From: Vicugna vicugna
Taxonomy: Eukaryota
Assembly: GCA_013265495.1 (NCBI GenBank)
Contig: MU058384.1
Span: forward strand, 2,765,010 to 2,829,009
Direction of reading: 5' to 3'
DNA: 64,000 nucleotides
In this document: one piece after another, positions 12,302 to 24,535 of the stretch
Numbering within the stretch: position 1 is the stretch's first letter
Layout of the letters: each line of letters opens with the position of its first letter
Notes under the pieces: generated by a model
The model's database searches: none
Seen by the model: the letters and a program-made list of their open reading frames with translations, nothing else
What the model was told of the DNA's origin: nothing
Program-made: the position numbers and the translations under genes

Positions 12302-12694
12302 CAGCATGTGCTTTATTTTGCCCTCAGCCATGATTTGTTCTCAATACTCTCTAGGTACATTTCTAGTGCTCTGCCACAGTTGAGATATCACCCAGTTGTG
12401 TAGTAGTGACACGAAACTGGCCTCCTATATGCTTCTTGGAAAGACTTTAAATCTATCCTCCTGTGTTCAAACCCACCCTGAGTCCTTGCCTTTGGAGATA
12501 CAGTTTGTCTTTAATTCCTGAATCTCTCTGAGGCAGGAATCAGCTTGCTTCTTATTGTCCTACCTCACTCCCTACCCTACAGGCATTTTAAAGATTAAAA
12601 AGCCCTTAAAAATTTCAATGTGTTCTGACATGAGAAGATATCAATATGACTGAATTTTAAGTTGGCAAGTTTGATTTCTGTGATCTTATTTCCA

Positions 12695-12785
12695 TCTATA
12701 TATGTATATATATACATATAGAGTAACACATACATATACACACAAATATGATATATTATATAACATCTTGTGTGTGTGTGTGTGT
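12695..12785. repeat. (TA)n/(TG)n low-complexity repeat
   Basis: Seen directly. Confidence 0.8.
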
Positions 12786-13208
12786 TTCTATAGGCAAAGG
12801 AAGAACCATGTAATAATACATACCAATTAACTGTAGTTACTTCTGGGAACTGGATTGAGTAAAGAATGACTTTCATTATTTACTTTTTACTCTTTTAAAT
12901 AGGCATATGTAAATAGACATATTTAAACTTTACAATAATTATCATTGATATGGGTGTATGTTCAATAGTTATTGCCAGGTGATAAAAGCAGGCCATAAAA
13001 TAGAATGTACAATACATATATTTTATTATATACATGCATACACACAACTAAGGAGACAGAGAGAGTGAGAGACAGAGAGAAAAGGGAAGGAGGTTAAAAG
13101 AACAAAACTGAAATGTATAAAGAATGGCTACCTGTGGATAATGAGGTTAAACATACTTTTTAATTATATCTCATGTTTCATAAATTTTCTATATTTGTTC
13201 ATTTTGCC

Positions 13209-14170
13209 ATTCATTTTCTAAGCATGTATTTAGTGCACACTTACTTTGCAACAGGTACACTTCCAGGCACTGGAAATGCAGAGGTGAACAAGACAGGCAA
13301 AGCTCATACCTGCCTGAAGCTGACATTCTGATAGGTAGAGACAGTCAGCAAACAAATAAAATAAATACAATGATTGTAGACAGACAAGTGATATTTTAAA
13401 ACAACTTGGGTAAGGATGAAGAGGATGATAGAACAGTGGTTACTTCTTTTAGTTGGCTAAGGAAGATTTCTCTAAGAAGGTAACATTTGAGAAAAGAATG
13501 CTGAAAAGAAGAGTCAAATGAATATTTCAGGAGAGTGTTTCTGGCAGGGGGAATGGCAAGACAGGAATGAACTTGGCATGACTGAGGAACAGAAAGAATG
13601 CCAGTGTAGTGGGGATACAAGGAATAAAGAGAAAGTGGTAGGATGTGGGTTCAGCAAGACAGCTAATAGCCAGGCCATGTAGATTTTAGGTTTTATTCTA
13701 CTTGCAATGGGAAGCCTTGGAAGGTGCTAGGGAATGATACTATCTAGTGTATACTTTTAGAATGTTATCTGTCTGCTAACTGGAGAAATAGACTGCACCA
13801 GAGGGTGTGCTTGGGATAAACTGGAAGCAGAGGGACCAGTGAACAGACTATTTCAGGAGCCAAGGACAAAGAAGATGGAAGTGTGGACTAAGCCAGTAGG
13901 GGTGGAGGTAGACAGGAGTATTTGGAATCCAGATATATTTTAAAGGTGGAGTTGACAGCCCTTGCTTAAATATGGTTATGATTGGCAGAGGTTGTGAGTG
14001 ATGAGGGAAGCTGAATAACAAAAGATGGCCTGAGCAACTTGATGTTGATGAGATGGGAAGCCTAAGGCAGAAGCAGATTTTGGGGAGAAAACCAAAAATT
14101 CTCTTTTGGACACAGTCCATTTGAAGAGCCCACTAGATGTCCAAGTAAAGAAGCTGAGTAAGCAGGATAT
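13209..14170 (-). mobile_element. L2 LINE 3' portion
   Basis: cattcatt...catgtatttagtgc...ccaggcactgg...gtgaacaagacaggc; gaggaacagaaagaatgccagtg; ttttggacacagtccatttgaag. Confidence 0.85.
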
Positions 14171-14176
14171 TTCACA

Positions 14177-15725
14177 TGCCCTGATTTTAAACTATACTAC
14201 AAAGCAACAGTAATTAAAACAGTATAGTATTGGCACCAAAGGGGGAAAAAGCATATAGATCAATAGAACAGAATAGTGAGCCCATAAATAAGCCCACGCT
14301 CATAGGGTCAATTAATCTATGACAAAGGAAGCAAGAATATACAATGAGGAAAAGATAGCCTCTTCAATAAATGGTGTTAGGAAAAACTGGAAAGCTACAT
14401 GCAAAAAGACCAAACTGAACTACTTTATCACACCATATACAAAAATAAACTCAAAATGGATTAAAAGCTTAAATGTAAGACTTGAAACCACAAAACTCCT
14501 AGAAGAAAATAGGTGGTACACTCTCTGATACTGGTCTTAGGAATATATATTTTTTGATCTGTCTCCTCAGGCAAGGGAAACAGAAGCAAAAATAAGCAAA
14601 TGGGACTTCATCAAACTAAAAGGCTTTTGCATAGTGGAAAAAAAAATCAGCAAAATGAAAAGGTAGCCTACTGAATGGGAGAAAATATTTGCAAGTGATA
14701 TGTCTATTAAGAGATTACTATCCAAAATATATGAATAGCTCATATAACTCAATATCAAAAAAACACAACCCAATTAAAAAACGGGTAAAAGACATGAATT
14801 GATATTTTTCCAAAGAAGACACACATGTCCAAGAGGTACATGAAAAAATGCTCAACATTACTAGTCATCAAGGAAATGCAAATCAAAACTACAATGAGAT
14901 ACCTTCACATCTGCCAGAATGGATAGCATTGAAAAGATAACAAATAACAAGTGCTGGTGAGGATGTGGAGGAAAGGAACTCTCATGCACCATTGGTGGGA
15001 TTGTAAATTGGTACAGCAATTATGGAAAACAGATGGAGGTTCCTCAAAAAATTAAAAATAGAAGTGCCATATGATCCAGAAACTTCACTTCTGAGTATTT
15101 ACCTGAAGAAAATGAAAACACTAATTCAAAGATACATGCACACCAATGTTCACTGACTGCAGCATTATTTACAATAGCCAAGATACGGAAGCAGCCTAAA
15201 TATCCCTCAACAAACAAATGAAAGGATAAAGAAGGTATAGTACATATACACAATGGAATATTACTCAACCATAAAAAACTTATCATTTGCAACAACAAAG
15301 ATGGATCTAGAGAGCATTATGCTAAGTGAAATACGTTAGACAAAGAAAAACAAATACTGTATGATCTCACTTTTATGTGGAATCTAAAAAATGAAACAAA
15401 TAAATAAAACAAAACAAAAATGGACTCACAGATACAGAGAATAAATGAATAGCTTTTGAGAGGGGCAAAGGAAGGGACTGAAAGAGGTGAAAGTGATTAA
15501 AAGTTACAAACTTCCATTTATAAAATAAATAAGCCACAGGCATGTAACTTCAGCATAGGGAATATAGTCAATAATATTACAGTAAATTTGTATGCAGATT
15601 GATGGTTACTAGATTTATTATTTCATAATGTATGCAAATGTCAAACGTATGCAAATATCAAATCACCTGAAACTAACATAATATTGTCTGTCAACTATAT
15701 TTCAATTTAGAAAAGACAAAAAAAT
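14177..15725 (+). mobile_element. L1 (L1MA-like) ORF2 3' end and 3'UTR, decayed
   Basis: aaactatactacaaagcaacagtaattaaaacagtat (KLYYKATVIKTV); [14 protein letters not shown]; caactatatttcaat plus A-rich tail. Confidence 0.95.
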
Positions 15726-16104
15726 AATACATTTATGCTTTCCCACAGTAGTTAGAAAATTTAAGCTTTTTGGTTAAATTCATGTAATTATTCGGCTTAG
15801 TAAGGATGGACAAAATATGCTTAGGGTTCCAAGAAATACTCCCCATGGTAGATTACAGTACAGCATTGTAGTGCTCAGCCATTGTGCTGAGGCACACTGA
15901 TGCACCACAACTCTGTCACTGGCTTGCAACCGAATTTTGATCAATGCATAAGTTGTTGTTTTTGCTATAATTAATGACATTGAAATGCACACTCAAGAGG
16001 TAAAGGAATAACAGTGTAATTTACATTAGAGAAAGATTTCATTTACTAAAACACGTGACTTTTAATCATAAATTTTTAAGGGAGCCTAGTTGGGGCAGTG
16101 AGCA

Positions 16105-17410
16105 CTTTCAACAAGGGTGCCAAGACCACTCAGTGGGGAAAGGACTGTCTCTTCAACAAATGGTATTGAGAAAACTGGATATCCACAGGCAAAAGAATGA
16201 AACTGATCCCTTACCTTATACCATACACAAAAATTAACTCAAACTGGAATAAAATCTAAATGTAAGATCTAAAACTATAAAATTCCTAGAGGAAAACATA
16301 GGGGGAAAACCTCATGACACTGGATTTGGCAATGATTTCTGGACATGACACCAAAAGCACAGCCAATAAAAGCAAAAATAGATAAATTAGACTACACCAA
16401 ACTTACAAACTTCAGTGTATAAAAGGACACAATCAACAGAGTGAAAGGCAATCCACAGAATCGTAGAAAATATTTGCAAATCGTATGAATGATAAAGGGG
16501 TAATATGCAGAATATATAAAGAACTCCTACAAATCAATAAAACCCCTAAATAAATCCATTAAATATAGATAAAGGACTTGGTCGACATTTCTGAGATGAT
16601 ATATAAATCATCAACAAACATATAAAAAGATGCTCAACATCAATTATCATTAGGGAAATGTAAATCAAACTGCAATGAAGTATCACCTCATACCTATTAG
16701 GATGGCTACTATCAAAAAAGCAGAAAATAACACTTGTTGACAAGGATGTGGAGAAACTGAGATATGGGGAAATCGTGTTGGTGGGAATTTATAATAGTAC
16801 AGCCACTGAAGAAAACAGTGTGGTAAGTTTTCTAAAAATTCAAAATAGAGTTTCCGTATGACTTAGGAAGTCCACTTATGAGTATATACTCCCCCCAAAT
16901 TAAAAGCAGGATCTTGAAGAGATATTTGCACTTTCACATTAATAGCAGCATTATTCACAATAGCTAAGAGATAGAAGCAATCCTAGTGCCCGTCAATAGA
17001 TGACTGATTGACAAAATATGGTATATACATACAATGGAATATTATTCAGCCTTAAAAAGGAAGGAAATCCTGTCACGTGCTACAACAAGGAAGAAACTTA
17101 GACGTCATGCTAAGTGAAATAAGCCATTTAAAAGGAGACAAACACTACATAATCCACTTACATGAGGTATCTAATGTACTAAAGTTCATAGAAACAGAAA
17201 ATAGAATAGGGCTGCCAGAGGATGGGAGAATGGGACAATGGGGAGTTATTTAAAGACTATAAAGTCTTAGTTTTGCAAGATAAAATTCTGGAGATCTTTT
17301 GCACAACAATGTGAATACATGAACACTATTGAACTATATACTTTAAAATGGTTAAGATGGCAATTTTATGTTATGTATTTTACTACAATTTAAACAAAGA
17401 TTTAAAAAAG
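16105..17410 (+). mobile_element. L1 (L1MA/MB-like) ORF2 3' end and 3'UTR, decayed
   Basis: caagggtgccaagaccactcagtggggaaaggactgtctcttcaacaaatgg ... aaaatggttaagatggcaattttatgttatgtattt. Confidence 0.95.
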
Positions 17411-17464
17411 TGTATTATAATCCCCCAAAGTTTGGAAATCAGTGATGTGAAACACTAAGAGGTA

Positions 17465-17620
17465 TGATTCTGACTTCTCAGACCACCACTTGCAGCTCTG
17501 TTGTTTTGGGGACAGAAACTCAACTTACCTTGGCCTCAGTTATTTCTTCTGTAAGATGGGGATATTATCTCTGGAGGATATGCAACTTTCCTTAATAAGG
17601 AAAACAATGTTAAGTCCCTA
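17465..17620 (+). mobile_element. MIR fragment
   Basis: accacttgcagctctg...gcctcagttatttcttctgtaagatggggatatt. Confidence 0.65.
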
Positions 17621-18887
17621 AATTCGTTGATTTCCTTGAAAGAATAACTTCCTGATGGGGAGGCAGAGTTGGGCCACACTACCATTGTTCTGCATCCTGA
17701 GATTTTTTTCTCTCCCTCAAGCTTCAACTTTCCACAGCCATTGCCTTTGGAAGAGTCCTTCCTCTCTGACCCATCAGGTCAATGTAGACTTATAACCTTT
17801 CCTCAAATCTCTGAAGCATTGCTGAGACAGATGGAAACATTTAAATAAAGCTTTACTAACACTAGGGATAACACGCAGGAAATAAACACAGATGGGTCTA
17901 TTGGCCCAGATAACCTGGTTTATAAACTAAACGTAGCTCTGGTTTGAAGACGTGCCAGGAGGAAGGACAGGTTGCTGGATTATACCTTTGCTTTCAAGCT
18001 GCCAGTCTGAGTACATATGGTCGATAGCATCTTACTAGCCAATCTCTTAGGAATTCAGTCCTTAATTTTTTGATTCAATTAAGAGATGTCCGCAGTAGGG
18101 TTAACTCCATAATGGGAGTTGGAGGGATAATGTAGAAACATTGTTCTGGAAACTTCTTTTTCGGAATTAAACTAATTCGAACCAAATAGCTTGACAGATA
18201 TCAGTAACTAGATTAATGAAACACACTATCACTAAAATTAAATAATCAAATCAACTAATAAAATACATTTATTTAACGTCCCCCCATGGAGAAAGGGAGA
18301 TCACATTTTGGTCAAATGTTTTTTGAAGGTATTGGGTGCAGCCTTGGGTCTCCCGAGTCTGATGTGAGACCATCATATTTACTGTCAACACCACTGAGAA
18401 AAATAGTAGAATAGAGAAAGAAGAAGAAGAAATTCTGCAGTTGACATTTGTTGTCTGGGATATATTCCACCTTGCCACTCCCCACAAATGTTCTGGCTTC
18501 TGAGGGAAAGCAGTGAGTGGGGGGAACAGTATATTATGACATCTCTGAGAGCATTTAAGGTACTTTCATCTTCTTTTCTTATTTATAGCATGTGTCAAAT
18601 TTATCAGTCCCTTACCTGTTTGGGATGACCAGGGAACCGATGGCTGTAAGGGTCTCGTCAATGTGTGGACTTTCTCCTAGTGGTACTCTTCTGTTACATT
18701 TTGAGAAAAAATATAGGTAGGAAGTAAAAATGTTAATTTTTCCATCTTAAACCCTCATTAATAGATGCTAAATCATAGTTATTCGTCTTTTATAAATATT
18801 AAGCCTTGAAAAAAATTAAATTCTGATAGTAGGTCTAGAAGTAAAGGAATTGAATCACGGTGCTTTCGGGAATGTACTGTTTTTACA

Positions 18888-19060
18888 ACAGAGCTCTGGT
18901 CTATGCTGATCATGAAAATTACTTGTAAAATTTTTAAATGTTCCCAGGTACCTATTTCCCTGACCTAGAAAATCAGAACTCAAAGGGTGGGGCAGAGAAA
19001 TTATTTTTTATTTCTTTAGTTCTTCAGGTGACTCTGAAGTACGGTAGTTAACCACTGGTC
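18888..19060. mobile_element. MER5-like hAT-Charlie element
   Basis: aatcagaactcaaagggtggggcagagaa...ttcttcaggtgactctgaagt...aaccactg. Confidence 0.6.
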
Positions 19061-20067
19061 TAAATTAGAAGGGAGACCGACCCTTCTCTGTCAGTTCCCG
19101 GACACGCTGCTTTGAGTTTCAGCTTCCCGTCTGGGGCCCCTCTTCTCCACCTGAATACTGACAGCAGATGAGCTTCTCAAAGAAAAAACAGTATGAGTTA
19201 TACCACTTATGAGAAGCTTCTAAAAACAGCTGCAAAGATAATGACTAATATTATGCTCAGGAAGGGGGCCCAATGTGCTTTCGGCAAAATGCCTTTGTCA
19301 AATGACTCTAGGGACGTTGCACAATGGAGATGGCTTTCAACATGGAAGAACAGTTGGTCCTGGGCATTTGTGGGCAGGTGTTTTGCTGTAGGTGAGCTCT
19401 GCTACTACTCATAGGTTCTGTATGAAGCAGTTCTTATTAATGTGTGATTTATGTATTAATGGAGTTTCGGCCAGCGTCTGACTGCACATCTGTGTTGTTT
19501 TTATTTAGTTGCTATTACTCTCTGAGCTCTGCATTGGTGCTGACTGAGCCCTGTGACTTGTGCAGCAGGAGGATTCTGGCTCCTGCAGCAGAAAGAAGGA
19601 CCAGCTGTGAACGCCAACCCAGCCCATGGGTGGTTCTTCTCATGAGGCTTCTTGACTATGACTCAATGCTGAAAGAAATGTTACCAGATTTGCCCCAATC
19701 AGTCACCTCAACTGAACGGAACCATATTTTGTTGGGGGGAGGTCTAAACTCAACATGGAAAGGAAAAGATTGGATGAGCAAATTACCCTTGACATTTCCT
19801 TTCAGTACCCTAACACTGAAACCCCAAAGCAAACTGTTTTGGTTCCCCCTTGTGTTTTAACTGTGGCTCCCTTTTCCCATGGGAATGAGGCCAAGATTTA
19901 AATGGAGAGAACTACAGAGTTGGTGAAAGGATAGTTTTTCCTTTCTGATTTCTTTTTTGTTCTGTTTTTAACCCCTGGTTCAGGTAGTTTAATTCATATT
20001 GGTTTTATATTCCGTTCACATCGCATTCTTCCCTTTCTCTCAGTTTTCTTGTTCCGTGATTTTGGAG

Positions 20068-20310
20068 TAACATCACATTTAGGTATGTACATAGGTCTTG
20101 GAGTCAGGCTTCTTGAGTTCAAATCCAGGTTCTACCATTTATTAACGACACCCTTGGGCACATTACTTAATCTGGGCAAGCCTCAGTTTCCTTGTTTGTC
20201 AAAAGAGGGTAGTGATTGTGCGTACATCAGTACATCATAAGGTTGGGAAGGTTAAATGAGTCAATATGTGTGACCCCTAAAGTCAGTACTCAAAGATCGA
20301 AGTTATTAAT
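20068..20310 (+). mobile_element. MIR SINE
   Basis: ggagtcaggcttcttgagttcaaatccaggttctaccattt...cccttgggcacattacttaatc...gcctcagtttcc. Confidence 0.85.
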
Positions 20311-21659
20311 ATTTCGTGGTGATTATGGGGGGTCTGGGTGGCAAGACAGTTTGTAATCCTGGGAGGTGCACAGTAGAGCTGTGAGAATCCTAGGTGCTTT
20401 TTGGACATAGGTGTTTCCTTCAGGCTAGAGAGTGCAAATATTCTTATATGACTCCAGTGATTATTGTTTGAGTATTACCCCATTGCAGCCTAAACCGCCA
20501 TGACATCAGCCTCTGGCTAAAGGAAAACCCAAAGTGAGTGAGTGATTGTTCTTTCTTTAAACTTAGTTGATTGTGAAAAGGCAACATGGCCAGAGTCCTA
20601 GAGCCTCCCTCTGGGCATGTGAAGACATCCTGCCATCCTGCGTCCTAGATGATCTACAGGCTGCCAGGTTTTCAATTAGAGGGAGTAAATCGCATTCATT
20701 ATGATTGTTTCCAGGAAAATAATGTGTTCTAGGACATAACACTTGTAAGTATTGCTTGGGCTTCTTATGTGATGGTGACATGGTCTAGAAGGTACATAAA
20801 CACTCACCTGTGGAAACTGCACAGAGAACTCAGCTGATGAGAGATCAGATCAGCTTTTTAAATAGAGGCTACCTCATCTTTTGGTTAGAACACAGAATAA
20901 GTGACTAACAACTCCAGCACAAATGGGAGGCTCACCCAATTATATGACTGGGTTTTGTCTCTCGGAGTCCCTGGTCACATGATTTCAATGGAAATTTTAT
21001 AATTTGGGACCAACCCATATGGCCTCCTAATTAGAAAGTGAAGTCAACTTCTTTGATGTTCGTAGTCCATTGGCCAGGTCAGTTGGGCCAGATGGAGAAG
21101 GCCCTCAAACATCAGGTAAAGGAACAGATGTATCAAAGCAGGGTCAAGTGTAAGGTTTTGTATCAGTGTTGTGCTGGTAATCCTGCAGTGCTTGTACCTC
21201 CAATGTCTCATCTAGAATCCTCTCCATTTCTCAGGAAGTAAGTGGCTCTCAGGCCCAACCTCCAGTCCAAGGGGAAGAATTGTGAGAACGAAATAAACAT
21301 GCACACACAGAAGCTGACATGGCTCCTCCCCTCCCTGCCTCACCTTTCCCCACCCAGGGGCCCACCTCCACCTGGGGCCCTCTACCTGGGCCCCACCCTC
21401 GAGCTGACTCAGGAAGGCTGGCCTCCGCACTCCCTGGAGGCCTGGGAGGATGGCAGCCCCTCTGCTCAGGCCTCTGTCCCTCTGCCCAAACAAGCAAGGC
21501 AGCAAGACATGATTCACTGGCTTGGTAACTCTCATTTCTCACAAGGCAGGAGGAGGATTATTCCTTCGTAGTTTCCAATTTCTTAGGGAGACTGGTGTAC
21601 ACCAGGACACCTTGCATAAACTAGCAAGGCAGAGCTGCTCTCAGAATAGCTGCAGTAAT

Positions 21660-21790
21660 TTACCAACTCATCACGTTTGCTGAGCACCTTCTGTGTGCCA
21701 GGCAGGCACTGTGCTAGAGAAAGGCTGAATGAAGATGAAGATGTTGTCTTGGCTGTCAAGGAGTTCTGTGCTTAATAGAGGAGGCACATG
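21660..21790 (-). mobile_element. L2 3'-end fragment
   Basis: tttgctgagcaccttctgtgtgccaggcaggcactgtgctag. Confidence 0.7.
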
Positions 21791-23564
21791 CTGCTAAGAT
21801 GTCAGCTGCCCACCCCTTACTCTCCACGCATCTCTGACATCTCGGTGGAAGTGTCTGGCCCTCCACTTCATGGCTGCAAAGACTTAAGCCTCCCCAAGAG
21901 ATAATTAACTCACTCACTCCTTCCTTCCTTCCTTCCATCTATCTCAATATATATCAATAATACAGATCTAAAAATATACGTCTATATATACAACTAATTC
22001 CAAAGGGTTTGTAATCTCATGGTTCCTTTGTCTCTGGGTCTGTGTCAACGCGTGTTGCTTCTCATTCCTTTCGAACAACCAGATGCCAAATACCAACTCA
22101 TTTCTGTTTTCTACCAATGATCTATTTCTTAAAAGGCTGGTTGGCTTTTCCAGGGGAAAGGGTCTCGTCCTAGAGTGTGAGGATTTTTGTATCTTGATGG
22201 TCCCGTTTTTTCTTTCCTTGCCCATATATTTCTCCTTCCTTTATTCTCTCCACCTGCTCTGAGGATCAAACAGATATCTCTCCTCATCTCATGTGATCTT
22301 GATGTTTTCTCTGAGATCTTAGTACCAGGTGACATTTCTTGCAGGAACTCACTAAACTCAACTGATCTTGAGAAGATTTGCCCAACAAAAATGGTCCCTG
22401 CCCTGAAAGAAGTCTGATGCCTGCTGTTAAGGAAGAGAATTCTCTCTACACTGTTGAATATATTAAAAATAAATGTCACTAGAGTGACAAGTGTCTTCAC
22501 AGGGACCTATCCAGGGAAACCCAGGTTCACCAAGGAAGATGGTCAACTTGTCCTGGGGAATTTAGGAAAACCTTCACAGAGGCAGTGACACAGCTCTACG
22601 CAGGGTGGAGGATGGAGGTGCTGTTTTGCCGATCTCAGCATGGGTCAAGCTTTCGCTCTAAGCAGCATCATAGCTGAGGTGTCAGCTCTTAGGAGGAGGT
22701 GGCTGCCCTAGACAGACCAGAAGAGAGAACCTGGACACTGGGCACACCCATCCCAGGAGGGCAGGGCAGAGGCTCGGGGCAAACACAGCGACAAGCAGTG
22801 GGGAGTCCAGGCAGGTGGAGCAGGTATGTGGAAAGGATGGAATTAATGCCAGGCGGCAGACCAGGCGGGTGATGGCGTCAGGGAGGTCTAGCCAGGCAGG
22901 TCAGAGTGCCGGCAGGGAGCAGAGCGTGGGGATGTAGCTGCTGAGTGAAGACAATCTATGGAGATGTGGTCAGGAGGATGGTCTGACAGAAGCCAAGAGG
23001 ATATAACTGAAAAAGGGGTTTCAAGATCAAAGCCCTCATCCTAGGAGGGAGAGAAGGGATTGGCAGAAGCTAAGAAGGTTACTGGCATAGATGAACTGAG
23101 AGGCAGTCAGGGGTTACTTGGAGCACAGAGTCAGGAGAAACCTGATATTAAGGCCGAAGTCTAAGTGGCTGTGTGGCTTGAAGTGGGACCCCCTGCCCCA
23201 GTTCTGTCTGATGTGGTTCAAAGGTACAGCTGAGTTCATGGGCTGGGCACTGAGTGAGAGGAGACTGCGGACAATAAAGGAAGACGGTGCAGGAAGCTGG
23301 GTTGAGAGCCCGGCGAATCACTGCTGTCTTCTCCTTACCTACTCATCTGTCACCTCCCAGCCTCAAGGACTCCTCTTGGTCTTCCAGAACTTGAGGGTGT
23401 TTCAACTCTTTCTTTTTCTGGACTTGCATCTTTATCATAATTGCAGGGCTTAATTCTAGGCCACGAGGTACCATCTGATTTTCTGAGTGTAGGGCTGTTT
23501 CTCACTGGTGCTGGCTGAGACACAGCAGTGTTGGATCCATGCACATGGACTTCCCTGGGAAAAT

Positions 23565-23824
23565 GGTACTGCCTACGTGGAAGCCTCCAGGCTCTGAGGC
23601 CAGACTGTGTGGGCTTGAATCCCATTTCTATTATGGACAAGCTGTGTGACCGTGGACAAGTCACTTAACTTTTCTGTGCTTCATTGTCCTCACCCACAAA
23701 ACAGGATAATAATAGTGGTGACTTCATAAAGTGGTTGTGAGGGTTCATCAATTAATTTGGATATTATAAGCTTTTAGAACAGTTCTCGGCACTTAAGAAA
23801 CAGCAAATGAATGTCAGCTATTAT
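23565..23824 (+). mobile_element. MIR SINE, near full length
   Basis: ggctctgaggccagactg...ttgaatccc...agctgtgtgaccgtggacaagtcacttaacttttctgtgcttca...gttgtgaggg. Confidence 0.9.
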
Positions 23825-23875
23825 TTCTCCAGTGAGGAGGAGGCCTGAGGAGGATTCTGGGTTGATCTGAGGCTG

Positions 23876-24000
23876 TTATTCACTGAACAAATATATTTTG
23901 AATATCTCCCATGTGCCAAATCTTGCTCTAGGATCTTGGGGTGTACGGGTTGATAAACAGACAAAACCCCCTGCCCTGTGATGTCATCTTTTTCTATGGA
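23876..24000 (-). mobile_element. L2 3'-end fragment
   Basis: attcactgaacaaatatattttgaatatctcccatgtgcca...aaacagacaaaaccccctgccct. Confidence 0.7.
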
Positions 24001-24324
24001 CTCTGACACAAAAAGTGGGATTTTCAGAACTGTTCTCTAGAGGAGCTGCAAGAATTCCTTTTCATCTTTTTTTTTTGGTTTACTCAGTTGCAAGGATTGT
24101 AACTGATTGTAGGCTTAGTAAACAGTAAGCCTGATCCAAAGGCCTCAGCCAAGACAGACCTGAGCCAGCATGACTGCTTCCCACCTGCTGGAAGCACTGA
24201 TGCCCCCGACAAACGTCCTTAGAGCAAACCTGGGAAAGATGTTCCGCTTTCCTGAGAGCTGGTGGTCACTTCATGGTCACTCCCCCTCCTTTTCCCTCAG
24301 TGTAGGGTTGGTGACATACTGTGG

Positions 24325-24535
24325 AGCAGGACGTCTCAAGCTCCGCATCATTGACATTTTTGTATCAGATAATTATCTGTTGAAGGGGGCTGTCCTGTGT
24401 GTTGTAGGATGTTGAACAGCATCCCAGGCCTCTACCCACTAGATTCCAGGAGCATCCTTCCAGCTGTGACAATCAAAAACATCTCCAGACATTGTCACTT
24501 GTCCTCTGGGGGTAAAAATCATCGCTGGCTGAGAG
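24325..24535 (+). mobile_element. MER20 hAT-Charlie element
   Basis: cattgacattt...agataatt...gggggctgtcctgtgtgttgtaggatgttgaacagcatccc...gtgacaatcaaaaacatctccagacattg. Confidence 0.9.

Larger units (their letters stand above)
9840..12600 (-). mobile_element. HAL1/old L1-like element, interrupted by a microsatellite and a young L1
   Basis: tagctgtttcttctaatatttacctccat; gttggaaataatttctctcagaa; tctgtaactcctattcatcatatgttggacctcc (ORF1-region reverse complement). Confidence 0.6.

Noticed and set aside
14319..14528. ORF with recognisable L1 ORF2 peptide ([12 protein letters not shown]), and similar ORFs at 11736, 16055 and 28960
   Set aside because: Fragments of decayed, 5'-truncated L1 copies with stops and frameshifts; not host genes
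20803..21030. Strong minus-strand donor CAG|GTGAGT with an upstream acceptor-like site
   Set aside because: No coding potential evident and no other support; single splice-like motifs are common
22129..22500. 123-aa minus-strand ORF
   Set aside because: No recognisable homology or convincing splice context; overlaps an L2-like fragment
22600..23340. Purine-rich stretch possibly from an ancient Gypsy-like LTR
   Set aside because: Could not match termini or diagnostic sequence with enough confidence to name it
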